This document shows, one piece after another, positions 41,360 to 50,341 of a stretch of 64,000 bases of DNA (positions within the stretch are counted from its first letter, which is position 1; every line of letters starts with the position of its first letter). The stretch comes from Bacteroidia bacterium (GTDB lineage: Bacteria; Bacteroidota; Bacteroidia; UKL13-3), in contig JALONK010000010.1 of assembly GCA_025454975.1 (NCBI GenBank), forward strand, positions 2,217 through 66,216. The letters are read 5' to 3'. Under the pieces are notes generated by a model. It was not told the origin of the DNA. It did not search any database and worked only from the letters and a program-made list of their open reading frames with translations. The position numbers and the translations under genes are program-made.

Positions 41360-42235
41360 TTATCTAAGAATTACTCTTCGATAACTTACACCATATCCGG
41401 TGAATGAACCAATAGCGCCGGTAATATTTGATTTCACCATTACAGGCGTTGAAAAAGGTCCACCATTATCTTTGGCATCATCAAATGAATCCCAGAATAA
41501 ATATTCTCTTCTTCCTATCGAATTCAGGTATATGTTAACGGTGTCTGAATAATTAAACGGACTAAAAAACGAGTATGGTCGGCGGCCATTATTTAAAATC
41601 GCATCATCAAATTCGCGGAAGGTATTTGCTGTTCCCCACCCTACCATTAAAGGATTTTGTGAATTATGAACAATTAATCGGTAATTGTTTTGTTCAGGTC
41701 CATCCACAAATTCAAAGGTTAAAAACACATCAGTATCACCTTCTTGCTCATCAAATTCAGTACGCCAAAAAACAGTATCAATCTCTACTACATTTGGAAT
41801 TGTAGTTACTCCTGAGATAAAAGAATTTTCAACCGTAATTTCCAACTTATATGGAACTCCGATTTGAGGCAACAATAAAGGATTAAAATAAACTCCGTTA
41901 AATCCTGCCAATAAGCTGTCAACACCGGGTATTTCGCTAATATCAAAAAGTTGAATTCTGTTACTCACATTCCAAATCGTATCTCTTCCTTGTATTTCTC
42001 CTGGAGTGATAAAAACCAATGCATCTTTCACCCCATTAAATGAAAGATCGGGGTTGAAATAATCCAGTGTTCTCGAAATGTATACATAATTTAAGTTAGG
42101 AAACTGTTGATTAATGCTTGCTTCCACCACAATACTTTTTTTCCCGGGAGGTAAATTCACGGTTATTTCTTTTTCACAAGAAACCAGTCCTGCAACTACT
42201 ATTACTAATATGATATTTACAATTGTTGTACGCAT
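41360..42235 (-). CDS. DUF4249-family lipoprotein, partner of the TonB-dependent receptor
   Basis: Lipobox LVSC-EKEI, IVVEA.I, C-terminal SNITGAIG.F; ATG 42235. Confidence 0.8.
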   Translation of the reverse strand: MRTTIVNIILVIVVAGLVSCEKEITVNLPPGKKSIVVEASINQQFPNLNYVYISRTLDYFNPDLSFNGVKDALVFITPGEIQGRDTIWNVSNRIQLFDISEIPGVDSLLAGFNGVYFNPLLLPQIGVPYKLEITVENSFISGVTTIPNVVEIDTVFWRTEFDEQEGDTDVFLTFEFVDGPEQNNYRLIVHNSQNPLMVGWGTANTFREFDDAILNNGRRPYSFFSPFNYSDTVNIYLNSIGRREYLFWDSFDDAKDNGGPFSTPVMVKSNITGAIGSFTGYGVSYRRVILR

Positions 42236-42236
42236 A

Positions 42237-44603
42237 TTAAAATTTAAAATTCCACGCAACTGAAGGTAAAATTGGAAACAGATATACCATATATGCCCTT
42301 ACTCGTTGCGCTTCAAGATCGGGAACAAAATAGATAAAATATGGATTCGCCCTGTTATATAAATTGTAAATACTAAAATTCCACGACGATTCAAACTTTT
42401 CAGTTTGTTTGGCTACGTAAGTAAAAGATACATCCAACCTATGGTAAGCCGGCAAGCGATAATCATTAATTCGATCGTATAAATCAATAAACGTAATTTT
42501 GGGTTCACCCGTTATTAAATCAAATCCGGGTTGATAGGTATAGCGAGCTGTTGGAAGCGTAGTAGCGTTGCCTGTGCCATACACAAATACCCCATTCACT
42601 GTCCACTTATTATTTATTTGATAGGTAGCTACAATACTAATATCATGTGTTCTGTCATACCTAAAGAAAAACGGGCGACCATTATTCAATTCATCAAATT
42701 GTCGAGTAGTTCTACTCCAAGTATAACCAATCCAACCTGTTAAACGACCAAATTTTTTCTTAGCAAAAAACTCGATACCATAAGATAATCCTTCGCCAAA
42801 TACCATTTCATTCTCTAGGTTTTGGTTGAAAAATAAATTAGCACCGGGTTTAAATTCAATTTGATTAAACATAGGTTTATAATAGGCTTCGATAGAAGTT
42901 TCATATTCATTTTTATTGAAGTTTTTATAAACACCAACTGCATATTGATACGCCAATTGTGGTTTTACGCGCTGTGATGAAGGCACCCATAAATCGGCAG
43001 GAAATTGAGCACCACTGGTAGTTGCTAAATGTAAAAACTGATAAACCCTGTTGAATGATGCTTTTAAGGATGTAGTAGAGTTTAACAAATAAGTAGCTGC
43101 CAAACGTGGTTCAATGCCGGGATAGGTAACTATTGGTTCGCCCGACTTATATGTTTTTCCGTCGCCAATAACCAAGTCTTGATCGTCGAATATTTTTTCG
43201 GTAAACGGACCAACTTGTGTAAATAAAACACCACGTAATCCGGCGTTTACGGTTAACCTGCTACCTAATTTAAATTCATCTAAAAAATAAATTGCAGCTT
43301 CGTGAGCATATTGTTTATTGATGGCTTCATTAATTACAATTGTACCTACCTGCCCTGTTGCAATGCCTGGAGTAAATGTATGCCAAATATAAGAAGCACC
43401 AAATTTCATGTTATGATTACCTGACAGGTAGATAAAATCGTGTTTTAAATTCCAATCTTGAAGACCACTGCTGAGCACAAAACCGTTAGAACCAAATTCA
43501 AACTTATTGTTTAAATCATATCGGTTATATACAGCCACAGTATTGCTGAATAATTTTTTATTGTATTGATGAAACCACTTGGCACTAACTGCGGCATTTC
43601 CCCAACCTACATTGAATCGAACTAAATTATTGGTTGGGCTTCTAAAACTAAAGATATCACGGCCATAATATGCCGATATTACTATTTTATCTTTATCTGA
43701 AAATTGATAATGAAATTTTGCGTTAAAATCATAAAAGTAATAACCATTTGCTCGTTGCTCGGTAGTTAAAAACGGTCTGGCGATAGCGTCAATATAAGTT
43801 CTTCGTCCAGCAATCATAAATCCACTTTTGCCCTTTTTTATCGGACCTTCTACACTTAACCTTGATGAGATTAATCCGACTCCTCCGTTAGTTACAAACT
43901 TTTTATCATTACCCTCTTTAAGATTTACATTTAAAATAGATGAAAGTCTCCCACCATAATTTGCAGGCATCCCGCCTTTTATTACTTCTATATTTTTTAC
44001 CGCATCCGTATTAAAAACCGACAAAAATCCTAATAAATGAGAGGGATTATAAATAACCGCATCATCCATTAACACCAGGTTTTGATCAGGTCCTCCTCCC
44101 CTTACATAAAATCCGGTACCTCCTTCACCTCCACTTTTAATCCCCGGAAGAAGTGTTATGGCTTTCAACACATCCGGTTCACCAAAAATTACCGGTAATC
44201 CTTTTACTTGTTCTGCTGTTAGTTCAACACGACTCATTTCGGTGCTGGTCACATTTTTGTCATTTCTGTTCCCAATAATAAGTGCCTCTTTCTTTTCTAT
44301 AACAGTTGGCGATAAAACCAATGGCAGGTTCACGTTTTTGCCATTTACCACAACTACTTTTATTTGTTTATTAAGGTAACCTAAATAGCTAATTGTTAAG
44401 GTATAAGTTCCGTCGGCAATTTTTAGTTTAAACTGACCGTTTTCGTTGGTAGTAGTTCCTGTATTGAGTTCCACCACTTTTATGGTAGCACCTATCAATG
44501 ATTCACCTGTAGTTGAATCTTTAATAGTACCGGAGATTTGCTGTGCATGAGTATCAGCAAAAAAAACTATAAATAAAATAAGGAATATAAAACTACTTTT
44601 CAC
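42237..44603 (-). CDS. TonB-dependent outer-membrane receptor
   Basis: CarboxypepD_reg N-domain, plug GEPDVLK..TLLPG, VRGG.PDQN, GGRLSS, LPAYHRLD, terminal F; GTG start. Confidence 0.92.
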   Translation of the reverse strand: MKSSFIFLILFIVFFADTHAQQISGTIKDSTTGESLIGATIKVVELNTGTTTNENGQFKLKIADGTYTLTISYLGYLNKQIKVVVVNGKNVNLPLVLSPTVIEKKEALIIGNRNDKNVTSTEMSRVELTAEQVKGLPVIFGEPDVLKAITLLPGIKSGGEGGTGFYVRGGGPDQNLVLMDDAVIYNPSHLLGFLSVFNTDAVKNIEVIKGGMPANYGGRLSSILNVNLKEGNDKKFVTNGGVGLISSRLSVEGPIKKGKSGFMIAGRRTYIDAIARPFLTTEQRANGYYFYDFNAKFHYQFSDKDKIVISAYYGRDIFSFRSPTNNLVRFNVGWGNAAVSAKWFHQYNKKLFSNTVAVYNRYDLNNKFEFGSNGFVLSSGLQDWNLKHDFIYLSGNHNMKFGASYIWHTFTPGIATGQVGTIVINEAINKQYAHEAAIYFLDEFKLGSRLTVNAGLRGVLFTQVGPFTEKIFDDQDLVIGDGKTYKSGEPIVTYPGIEPRLAATYLLNSTTSLKASFNRVYQFLHLATTSGAQFPADLWVPSSQRVKPQLAYQYAVGVYKNFNKNEYETSIEAYYKPMFNQIEFKPGANLFFNQNLENEMVFGEGLSYGIEFFAKKKFGRLTGWIGYTWSRTTRQFDELNNGRPFFFRYDRTHDISIVATYQINNKWTVNGVFVYGTGNATTLPTARYTYQPGFDLITGEPKITFIDLYDRINDYRLPAYHRLDVSFTYVAKQTEKFESSWNFSIYNLYNRANPYFIYFVPDLEAQRVRAYMVYLFPILPSVAWNFKF

Positions 44604-44798
44604 CGAATAATTGACACTTAAAGCACACTTTTCGTTTTCTACGAATTGTTATTAGTAACGATAAAAACCATAAATTAAGGTGCAATGTTTAAAAAATTCA
44701 TGAATATTTTATTACGAATTTTATAAATTACCGACCTAAACACTTGATGAAGTTCAGTTTACGATTGCTTTTAAATTGACAATAATCATGATGAGTAT

Positions 44799-44814
44799 TG
44801 GCGACATATTAGCA
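44799..44814 (+). promoter_or_regulatory. Candidate sigma54 promoter for the oxygenase-ispD unit
   Basis: TGGCGACATATTAGCA (GG-N10-GC), 25 nt before ATG 44840. Confidence 0.4.
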
Positions 44815-44839
44815 TCTTTGTTTGTGAAATTTTAATACT

Positions 44840-45610
44840 ATGATACGATTTGAATATTTGGAAGAAAATAAAGATAAATTCAGGGAGCTTTTCCTTACTG
44901 CTAAACCTTTTCCCCATATTGGAATTGACGAGGTGTGCGAGCCGCAAAAGTTGATGGAACTTTATCAGCTTATTCCTGATATTGAAACTCCAAGTGCTGA
45001 TTACGTTTTTGGTAAAAATAAATTCGAAAAGTCAAAGTTCCGCGAACTCGGTGGTGTATTTGAAGAATTATATCTCGACTTCACTTCAAAAAGATTTCAA
45101 GAATGGTTAAAATACGTGAGTAATGAAGATGTATTTGTTGATGAAACCTTTTATGGTGGTGGCATTCATCAGGGTAAAACAGGAAGCTATTTAGATATGC
45201 ATGCCGATTTTAATTACCATCCATTAAACGATAAATGGTTCAGAAACCTAAATTTATTATTATACATCAACAAAGATTGGAAAAAAGAATACGGAGGCGA
45301 ATTGAAATTAGAGCATAGCGACACCGGGGTAAAAACAGCAGTTGATGTTCCTTTTAACCGCTTAGCAATTATGTTATGCAGGGGATACACTTTACATGGT
45401 TACGATGCTATAAAATTTCCAGAAGGTAAGTACCGCACCAGTATTGCTGCGTATGCCTATACTTTGCATCAAACACCATTAGAAAAAGCAAGAACAACCG
45501 AATGGCATGTTGAGAAATCGAATCCGGTAAAATATCTCCTATCAAAAATTTGGGTTCCTGCTGTTCGTTTAAAATCTAAATTTAGCAAGAGTAAAACAGC
45601 CGATCATTAA
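44840..45610 (+). CDS. 2OG-Fe(II) oxygenase
   Basis: AKPFPH, GGGIH, HADFN (HxD), LLLY.N.DW....GGEL, LHG, RTSIA. Confidence 0.88.
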   Translation: MIRFEYLEENKDKFRELFLTAKPFPHIGIDEVCEPQKLMELYQLIPDIETPSADYVFGKNKFEKSKFRELGGVFEELYLDFTSKRFQEWLKYVSNEDVFVDETFYGGGIHQGKTGSYLDMHADFNYHPLNDKWFRNLNLLLYINKDWKKEYGGELKLEHSDTGVKTAVDVPFNRLAIMLCRGYTLHGYDAIKFPEGKYRTSIAAYAYTLHQTPLEKARTTEWHVEKSNPVKYLLSKIWVPAVRLKSKFSKSKTADH

Positions 45611-46281
45611 TGGTATCACAAAGTAGATTTGCCATTATTGTTGCAGGCGGCTCAGGTATCCGAATGGGAACTGAAATTCCTAAACAGTTTTTATTGATTA
45701 ATAATTTACCGGTGTTGATGCATACTATCAATAAGTTTAATGATAGTAATGCAAAAATTATTCTGGTGTTGCCCATTCAACATTTCGACTATTGGAATAA
45801 CCTCTGTACTACTTATCAATTTACGGTACCACACACATTAGTTGCAGGTGGAAAAGAAAGATATGAAAGCGTAAATAATGGTTTGAAACAAATTACTCAA
45901 GAAGGGGTAGTAGCAATTCATGATGGCGTTAGGCCATGCGTTTCAACTGAATTAATAGAGCGTTGTTTTAATGAAGCTGAGCAATATAATAATGCTGTAG
46001 CGGCAGTTAAGCCTAAAGACAGCATACGCATGAAACAACCTGAAGGAAGCATAAGTGTAAACCGAGATGATTATTACTTGGTACAAACCCCTCAAGTTTT
46101 TCAACTAAACTTACTTAAAAATGCTTATGACCGCTTAAGTGGTTCACATTTCACCGATGATGCTTCGGTATTTGAATCTGCCGGATATCAAATACACCTA
46201 ACAACAGGTGATTATAAAAATATCAAAATAACCACACCTGACGACTTAATATTAGCATCAGCGTTTATGAACGAGAAGTAG
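45610..46281 (+). CDS. ispD: 2-C-methyl-D-erythritol 4-phosphate cytidylyltransferase
   Basis: VAGGSG.RMG...PKQF, R.ESV.NGL, IHDGVRP, QTPQVF, TDDASV, NIKITTP.DL. Confidence 0.94.
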   Translation: MVSQSRFAIIVAGGSGIRMGTEIPKQFLLINNLPVLMHTINKFNDSNAKIILVLPIQHFDYWNNLCTTYQFTVPHTLVAGGKERYESVNNGLKQITQEGVVAIHDGVRPCVSTELIERCFNEAEQYNNAVAAVKPKDSIRMKQPEGSISVNRDDYYLVQTPQVFQLNLLKNAYDRLSGSHFTDDASVFESAGYQIHLTTGDYKNIKITTPDDLILASAFMNEK

Positions 46282-47242
46282 TACTATTTTTCGTTAATAA
46301 ATCAATTATCCCTTGTTTTCCCCACTCTTCAATTTCAGTTTCTGTCCACAGTTGAGGATAAAAAATGCGTTTTTGAAAACGAGGAGGAAGATACTTTTGC
46401 CAATTAGTTCCACCTGTTGCTGCGATATCTTCCGGACTTTTGTGTAAGTATCTTACTGCCGAACGATAATGTTGCAATGGCCAATTCACATTTACATTTA
46501 AATCGAATTGACGTAATTGCTCAATTAATTCGGGATGTTGTTGATCAGATTCACTTAAATTAGTGTAGGCTATCCAAAGATTTTTAGTAGCATATTCTTT
46601 TGCTAAAACTAATAATTGATCGCTATATTTTTGTTCAAACTGAGTAAGCGTTAAGGTTTTTTTACCCGAGGCTAATTCGGTAGCTCCTGCTTTCCAATAC
46701 ACGTGATCAAACTGATCTTCCATTGAAGATGCAAAGGTTATTTTATTGCGGTAATCTTTATCAATTAAATTAACAAAATCGGTAGCACAAATTTCTACCA
46801 TACGGTATTGAGCACTTTGAAAACCACTGGCCGGCAATAAACTCATTCTATACTTTAAAAACTGTGATTGTTCCATTCCATCAACCATAATTTCAAAAGA
46901 ATGAATTAGGTTTCTGAAATAGGCATTCATGCGTTTTACGCGGGCGGCAAAAAAATCCGGATTAATATGTTCAGCATGCTCAGCAACTTGCTCCATTTCG
47001 TGCAAGGTAAGCTTAAAATAAAGCTCAGTTATTTGATGATAGATAATAAAAATAACTTCATCCTTTATGGGTGTACGAGGCTTTTGAAGTGTTAATAACG
47101 TATCCACCTCAATATAGTCCCAATAATTTAAATAATTTGCATAGAGTAAACCCTCTAAATATGCTTTTAAATCTTGGCCCGATTTAGTATATTTCTGTTC
47201 AAGTTTACTTAGTAATTCTAAGGTTTGTTCATCAAGTTTCAT
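46265..47242 (-). CDS. kynA: Tryptophan 2,3-dioxygenase
   Basis: YWDYI, DE.IFI.YHQITELYFK, LLPASGFQSAQYR, ATGGT. Confidence 0.9.
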   Translation of the reverse strand: MKLDEQTLELLSKLEQKYTKSGQDLKAYLEGLLYANYLNYWDYIEVDTLLTLQKPRTPIKDEVIFIIYHQITELYFKLTLHEMEQVAEHAEHINPDFFAARVKRMNAYFRNLIHSFEIMVDGMEQSQFLKYRMSLLPASGFQSAQYRMVEICATDFVNLIDKDYRNKITFASSMEDQFDHVYWKAGATELASGKKTLTLTQFEQKYSDQLLVLAKEYATKNLWIAYTNLSESDQQHPELIEQLRQFDLNVNVNWPLQHYRSAVRYLHKSPEDIAATGGTNWQKYLPPRFQKRIFYPQLWTETEIEEWGKQGIIDLLTKNSTTSRS

Positions 47243-47260
47243 ATAGGGGGGAGTAAGTTT

Positions 47261-47800
47261 TTAAAAAGGTGAAATAAATGTATTGAATGGAGATAACAAT
47301 TGATCTTTTTCACTAATGATGGCATCAGAGGTTCCCCATTGAATATTTAAATCTGCATCATTCCATAATATACCACCTTCGCTTGCCTTGTTATAATAGT
47401 TGGTACATTTATATTCAAAAATAGTATTGTCTTCCAGGGTTACAAAACCGTGTGCAAAACCGGCCGGAATCCAAAACTGGGTTTTGTTATTCTCATTTAA
47501 TTCAATCGAAAAATTTTTACCATATGTTACCGAATCTTTCCTGATATCAACCACTACATCAAGCACTGCTCCCTTCACTACCCGCACCAATTTACCTTGT
47601 GCAAATGGTGGTGCTTGAAAATGTAATCCTCGTAATGCGCCTTTTTGAGATAAAGATTGATTGTCTTGAACAAAAGTGTCGGTTATCCCAAACTCTTTAT
47701 ATTTAGCTACACTAAATGTTTCATAAAAGTATCCTCTTTCGTCGAAAAACACTTTCGGAGTAATAATTAATAATCCGTTTATGAATGTGGTTTGAACCAT
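47261..47800 (-). CDS. rmlC: dTDP-4-dehydrorhamnose 3,5-epimerase
   Basis: DERGYF, VQDNQS.S..G.LRGLH.Q, Q.KLV, VDIR, GFAHGF, YKC, SEKD. Confidence 0.96.
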   Translation of the reverse strand: MVQTTFINGLLIITPKVFFDERGYFYETFSVAKYKEFGITDTFVQDNQSLSQKGALRGLHFQAPPFAQGKLVRVVKGAVLDVVVDIRKDSVTYGKNFSIELNENNKTQFWIPAGFAHGFVTLEDNTIFEYKCTNYYNKASEGGILWNDADLNIQWGTSDAIISEKDQLLSPFNTFISPF

Positions 47801-47901
47801 TATAATGCTTTTTTAAGATTTGGCAAATGTAAGGATAATATTCTATCTGCAACTAACGAGTAAATGTATCGTTTTTCATAAAAACTCTTATTTTTGTCAC
47901 C

Positions 47902-48822
47902 ATGGAAGAAAACCGCAAAAACTCGGGTAAAATCTATTATATCATAATTATAATAATCTTACTGGCTTTAAACGGCCTCTTTACGTATAACTATTTTAAT
48001 ACCGACAAAAAATTAGTACAAACGGAAGAAACATTATTCGCAACTGATTCAGCAAAAGCGGCTTTAGAAAAAGTACTTACCGAAACGGCGAGTGAACTCG
48101 ATTTATATAAAGGCAAAAACAAAGAACTTGATGCATTTTTAAAAGAGAAAAATGATTCGCTGCAAGAATATGCCGACCGTATAGACAACCTATTAAGAAC
48201 AGGGAAACTTACCAAGCTACAATTAGAAAAAGCCCTTGAGGAAATTGATCAATTAAGGTATTATAAAAGAAAATACTTGAATCAGATTGATTCATTATCT
48301 ACACAAATTACAGTTTTAAACCGCGAAAATGCTTCACTTAAAGGTTCTATAGATCAGGAAAAAAGAAGAAATGAAAACCTGAAAATGGAAAACGTGAAAT
48401 TGAATAACAAGGTTGCAATTGGTGCAAAGTTAAATGCACGTCAAATTTATGTTGCCGGTGTTAAGCAACGCTCGAATGGAAAAGAAAGAGAAACAAACAG
48501 AGCCTCGCAAGTTGAAAAACTTAAAATTACATTTAACATTGACGAGAATTATGTGAATGATCCGGGTGAAAAGAAAATTTATATAAAAGTAATTGGCCCC
48601 GATGGATCAACTATGTACAATGAAAGTGCAGGGTCAGGCTCCTTTAATTTCCAAGGCCAGGAATCATTATACTCAACCGTGCATCAATTCGAATTCGAAC
48701 AAAAGTCGACCGACATTACCTTGTATTGGACAAGAGGTACAACTTTTGGTAAAGGCGAATACAAAATAGAATTGTATGCTGATGGATTTATGATTGGTCA
48801 ATCCACCTTCGAACTAAAATAA
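47902..48822 (+). CDS. Membrane-anchored coiled-coil hypothetical protein
   Basis: N-terminal TM (IYYIIIIIILLAL), long heptad-rich region, beta-rich C-terminal domain. Confidence 0.78.
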   Translation: MEENRKNSGKIYYIIIIIILLALNGLFTYNYFNTDKKLVQTEETLFATDSAKAALEKVLTETASELDLYKGKNKELDAFLKEKNDSLQEYADRIDNLLRTGKLTKLQLEKALEEIDQLRYYKRKYLNQIDSLSTQITVLNRENASLKGSIDQEKRRNENLKMENVKLNNKVAIGAKLNARQIYVAGVKQRSNGKERETNRASQVEKLKITFNIDENYVNDPGEKKIYIKVIGPDGSTMYNESAGSGSFNFQGQESLYSTVHQFEFEQKSTDITLYWTRGTTFGKGEYKIELYADGFMIGQSTFELK

Positions 48823-48991
48823 CATTTTTTTGTTTCCCCGTTTATCCCTTAGGGCTATCTACTTGGTAAAGTTATTAGGAAGGAAAGTAGCATCTGCTGA
48901 GGTATGCAATAATATTTACTCACTTGTATGATTTCCAATAAATTGTTTCATTATTAGTTGTGCTTAAAAGATTTTCATTACTTTTAAAGAA

Positions 48992-50341
48992 ATGAAAAAA
49001 CAACTCTCCTTATTTGATTGCATAATGCTGATAGCCGGCAGTATGATTGGTTCCGGAATATTTATTGTTCCTGCATCCATGAGTTTAAAATTGCAATCAC
49101 CATTTATGGTAATCTTGGCATGGATAATTACTACTATACTTACAGTATTTGCAGCTTTAAGTTACGGAGAATTAGCAGCTATCATGCCTAAAGCCGGTGG
49201 TCAGTATGTTTACTTAAAAGAAGCTTACAATAAATCAATTGCTTTTTTGTACGGGTGGACTTTTTTCACCGTTATTCAAACCGGAACTATTGCTGCTGTT
49301 GCAGTGGCTTTTGCAAATTTCAGCGGAGTTTTCTTTACCCAAATAAATGATTCAAATACTATTTTACAATTGGGCAATTATTCAATTAACACCAAACAAG
49401 TTTTAGGTATTTTTATTGTTTGGGCACTAACATTTACAAACATGCGCGGCTTAAAAACCGGTGCGGTTATACAGAATACTTTTACGATTGCAAAAATTGG
49501 CGCGCTGGTATTAATGATTGGAGCAGGACTATATTTTATACTCACCCACTCCCCTCAACAAATTGATTGGATACCTTCTGAGCTTAACCTTGATTATTCG
49601 TTCTGGGGAATATTTTGTACGGCAATGGTAGGTAGTATTTTTAGCAGTGATGCATGGAATAATGTAACGTTTACCGGTGGCGAAATTCAACAACCCGGTA
49701 AAACCTTACCATTATCTTTAATTATTGGTACAACTAGTGTGCTAACATTATATATCGTAATCAACCTTATTTATTTATACATATTGCCTTTTAACGCCAT
49801 TGCTCACGCACCAAATGAAAGAGTAGGCACTTTGTTGCTAAACACCATAGCAGATGATGCAGGTTTATACTTAATGGCAGGATTGATTATGGTAAGTACC
49901 TTTGGATGTATTAACGGATTAACCTTAAGCGGCGCAAGAGTATATTATGCCATGGCCTTGGATGGCTTATTTTTTAAACAAGCCGGTAAACTTAATCAAC
50001 AAGATGTACCACAATTTGCTTTGTATATTCAAGCTATTTGGACCAGTTGTTTGGTATTAAGCGGAGGTTATGGCGACCTGCTCAATTATGTAGTAATAGC
50101 AGTGCTTTTATTTTATATTATCACAGTTGCTGGTGTTATCAGGTTAAGAAGCAAACAACCTAACACAACTCGAACTTATAAAGTATGGGGATATCCTATA
50201 GTTCCAATAGTGTATATCATTGGAGCAAGCTTTATATGTATCAACTTATTGTTATTCGAACCTAACAATACCGTTCCGGGATTATTAATAGTAATCAGTG
50301 GTTTTCCTGTTTATTATTTTTTAAAAAGAAAATTAGCCTAA
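48992..50341 (+). CDS. APC-family amino acid permease
   Basis: GSMIGSGIF, SYGELA..MPKAGG.YVYL, DAWN, SGARVYYAMA.DG.FF. Confidence 0.92.
   Translation: MKKQLSLFDCIMLIAGSMIGSGIFIVPASMSLKLQSPFMVILAWIITTILTVFAALSYGELAAIMPKAGGQYVYLKEAYNKSIAFLYGWTFFTVIQTGTIAAVAVAFANFSGVFFTQINDSNTILQLGNYSINTKQVLGIFIVWALTFTNMRGLKTGAVIQNTFTIAKIGALVLMIGAGLYFILTHSPQQIDWIPSELNLDYSFWGIFCTAMVGSIFSSDAWNNVTFTGGEIQQPGKTLPLSLIIGTTSVLTLYIVINLIYLYILPFNAIAHAPNERVGTLLLNTIADDAGLYLMAGLIMVSTFGCINGLTLSGARVYYAMALDGLFFKQAGKLNQQDVPQFALYIQAIWTSCLVLSGGYGDLLNYVVIAVLLFYIITVAGVIRLRSKQPNTTRTYKVWGYPIVPIVYIIGASFICINLLLFEPNNTVPGLLIVISGFPVYYFLKRKLA

Noticed and set aside
44778-44796. Fur-box-like GACAATAATCATGATGAGT between the TonB receptor and the oxygenase
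   Set aside because: Only partial similarity in AT-rich DNA, with poor symmetry.
48823-48991. Possible riboswitch or leader upstream of the amino acid permease
   Set aside because: No recognisable aptamer consensus, convincing terminator or leader peptide; a covariance-model scan would be needed.
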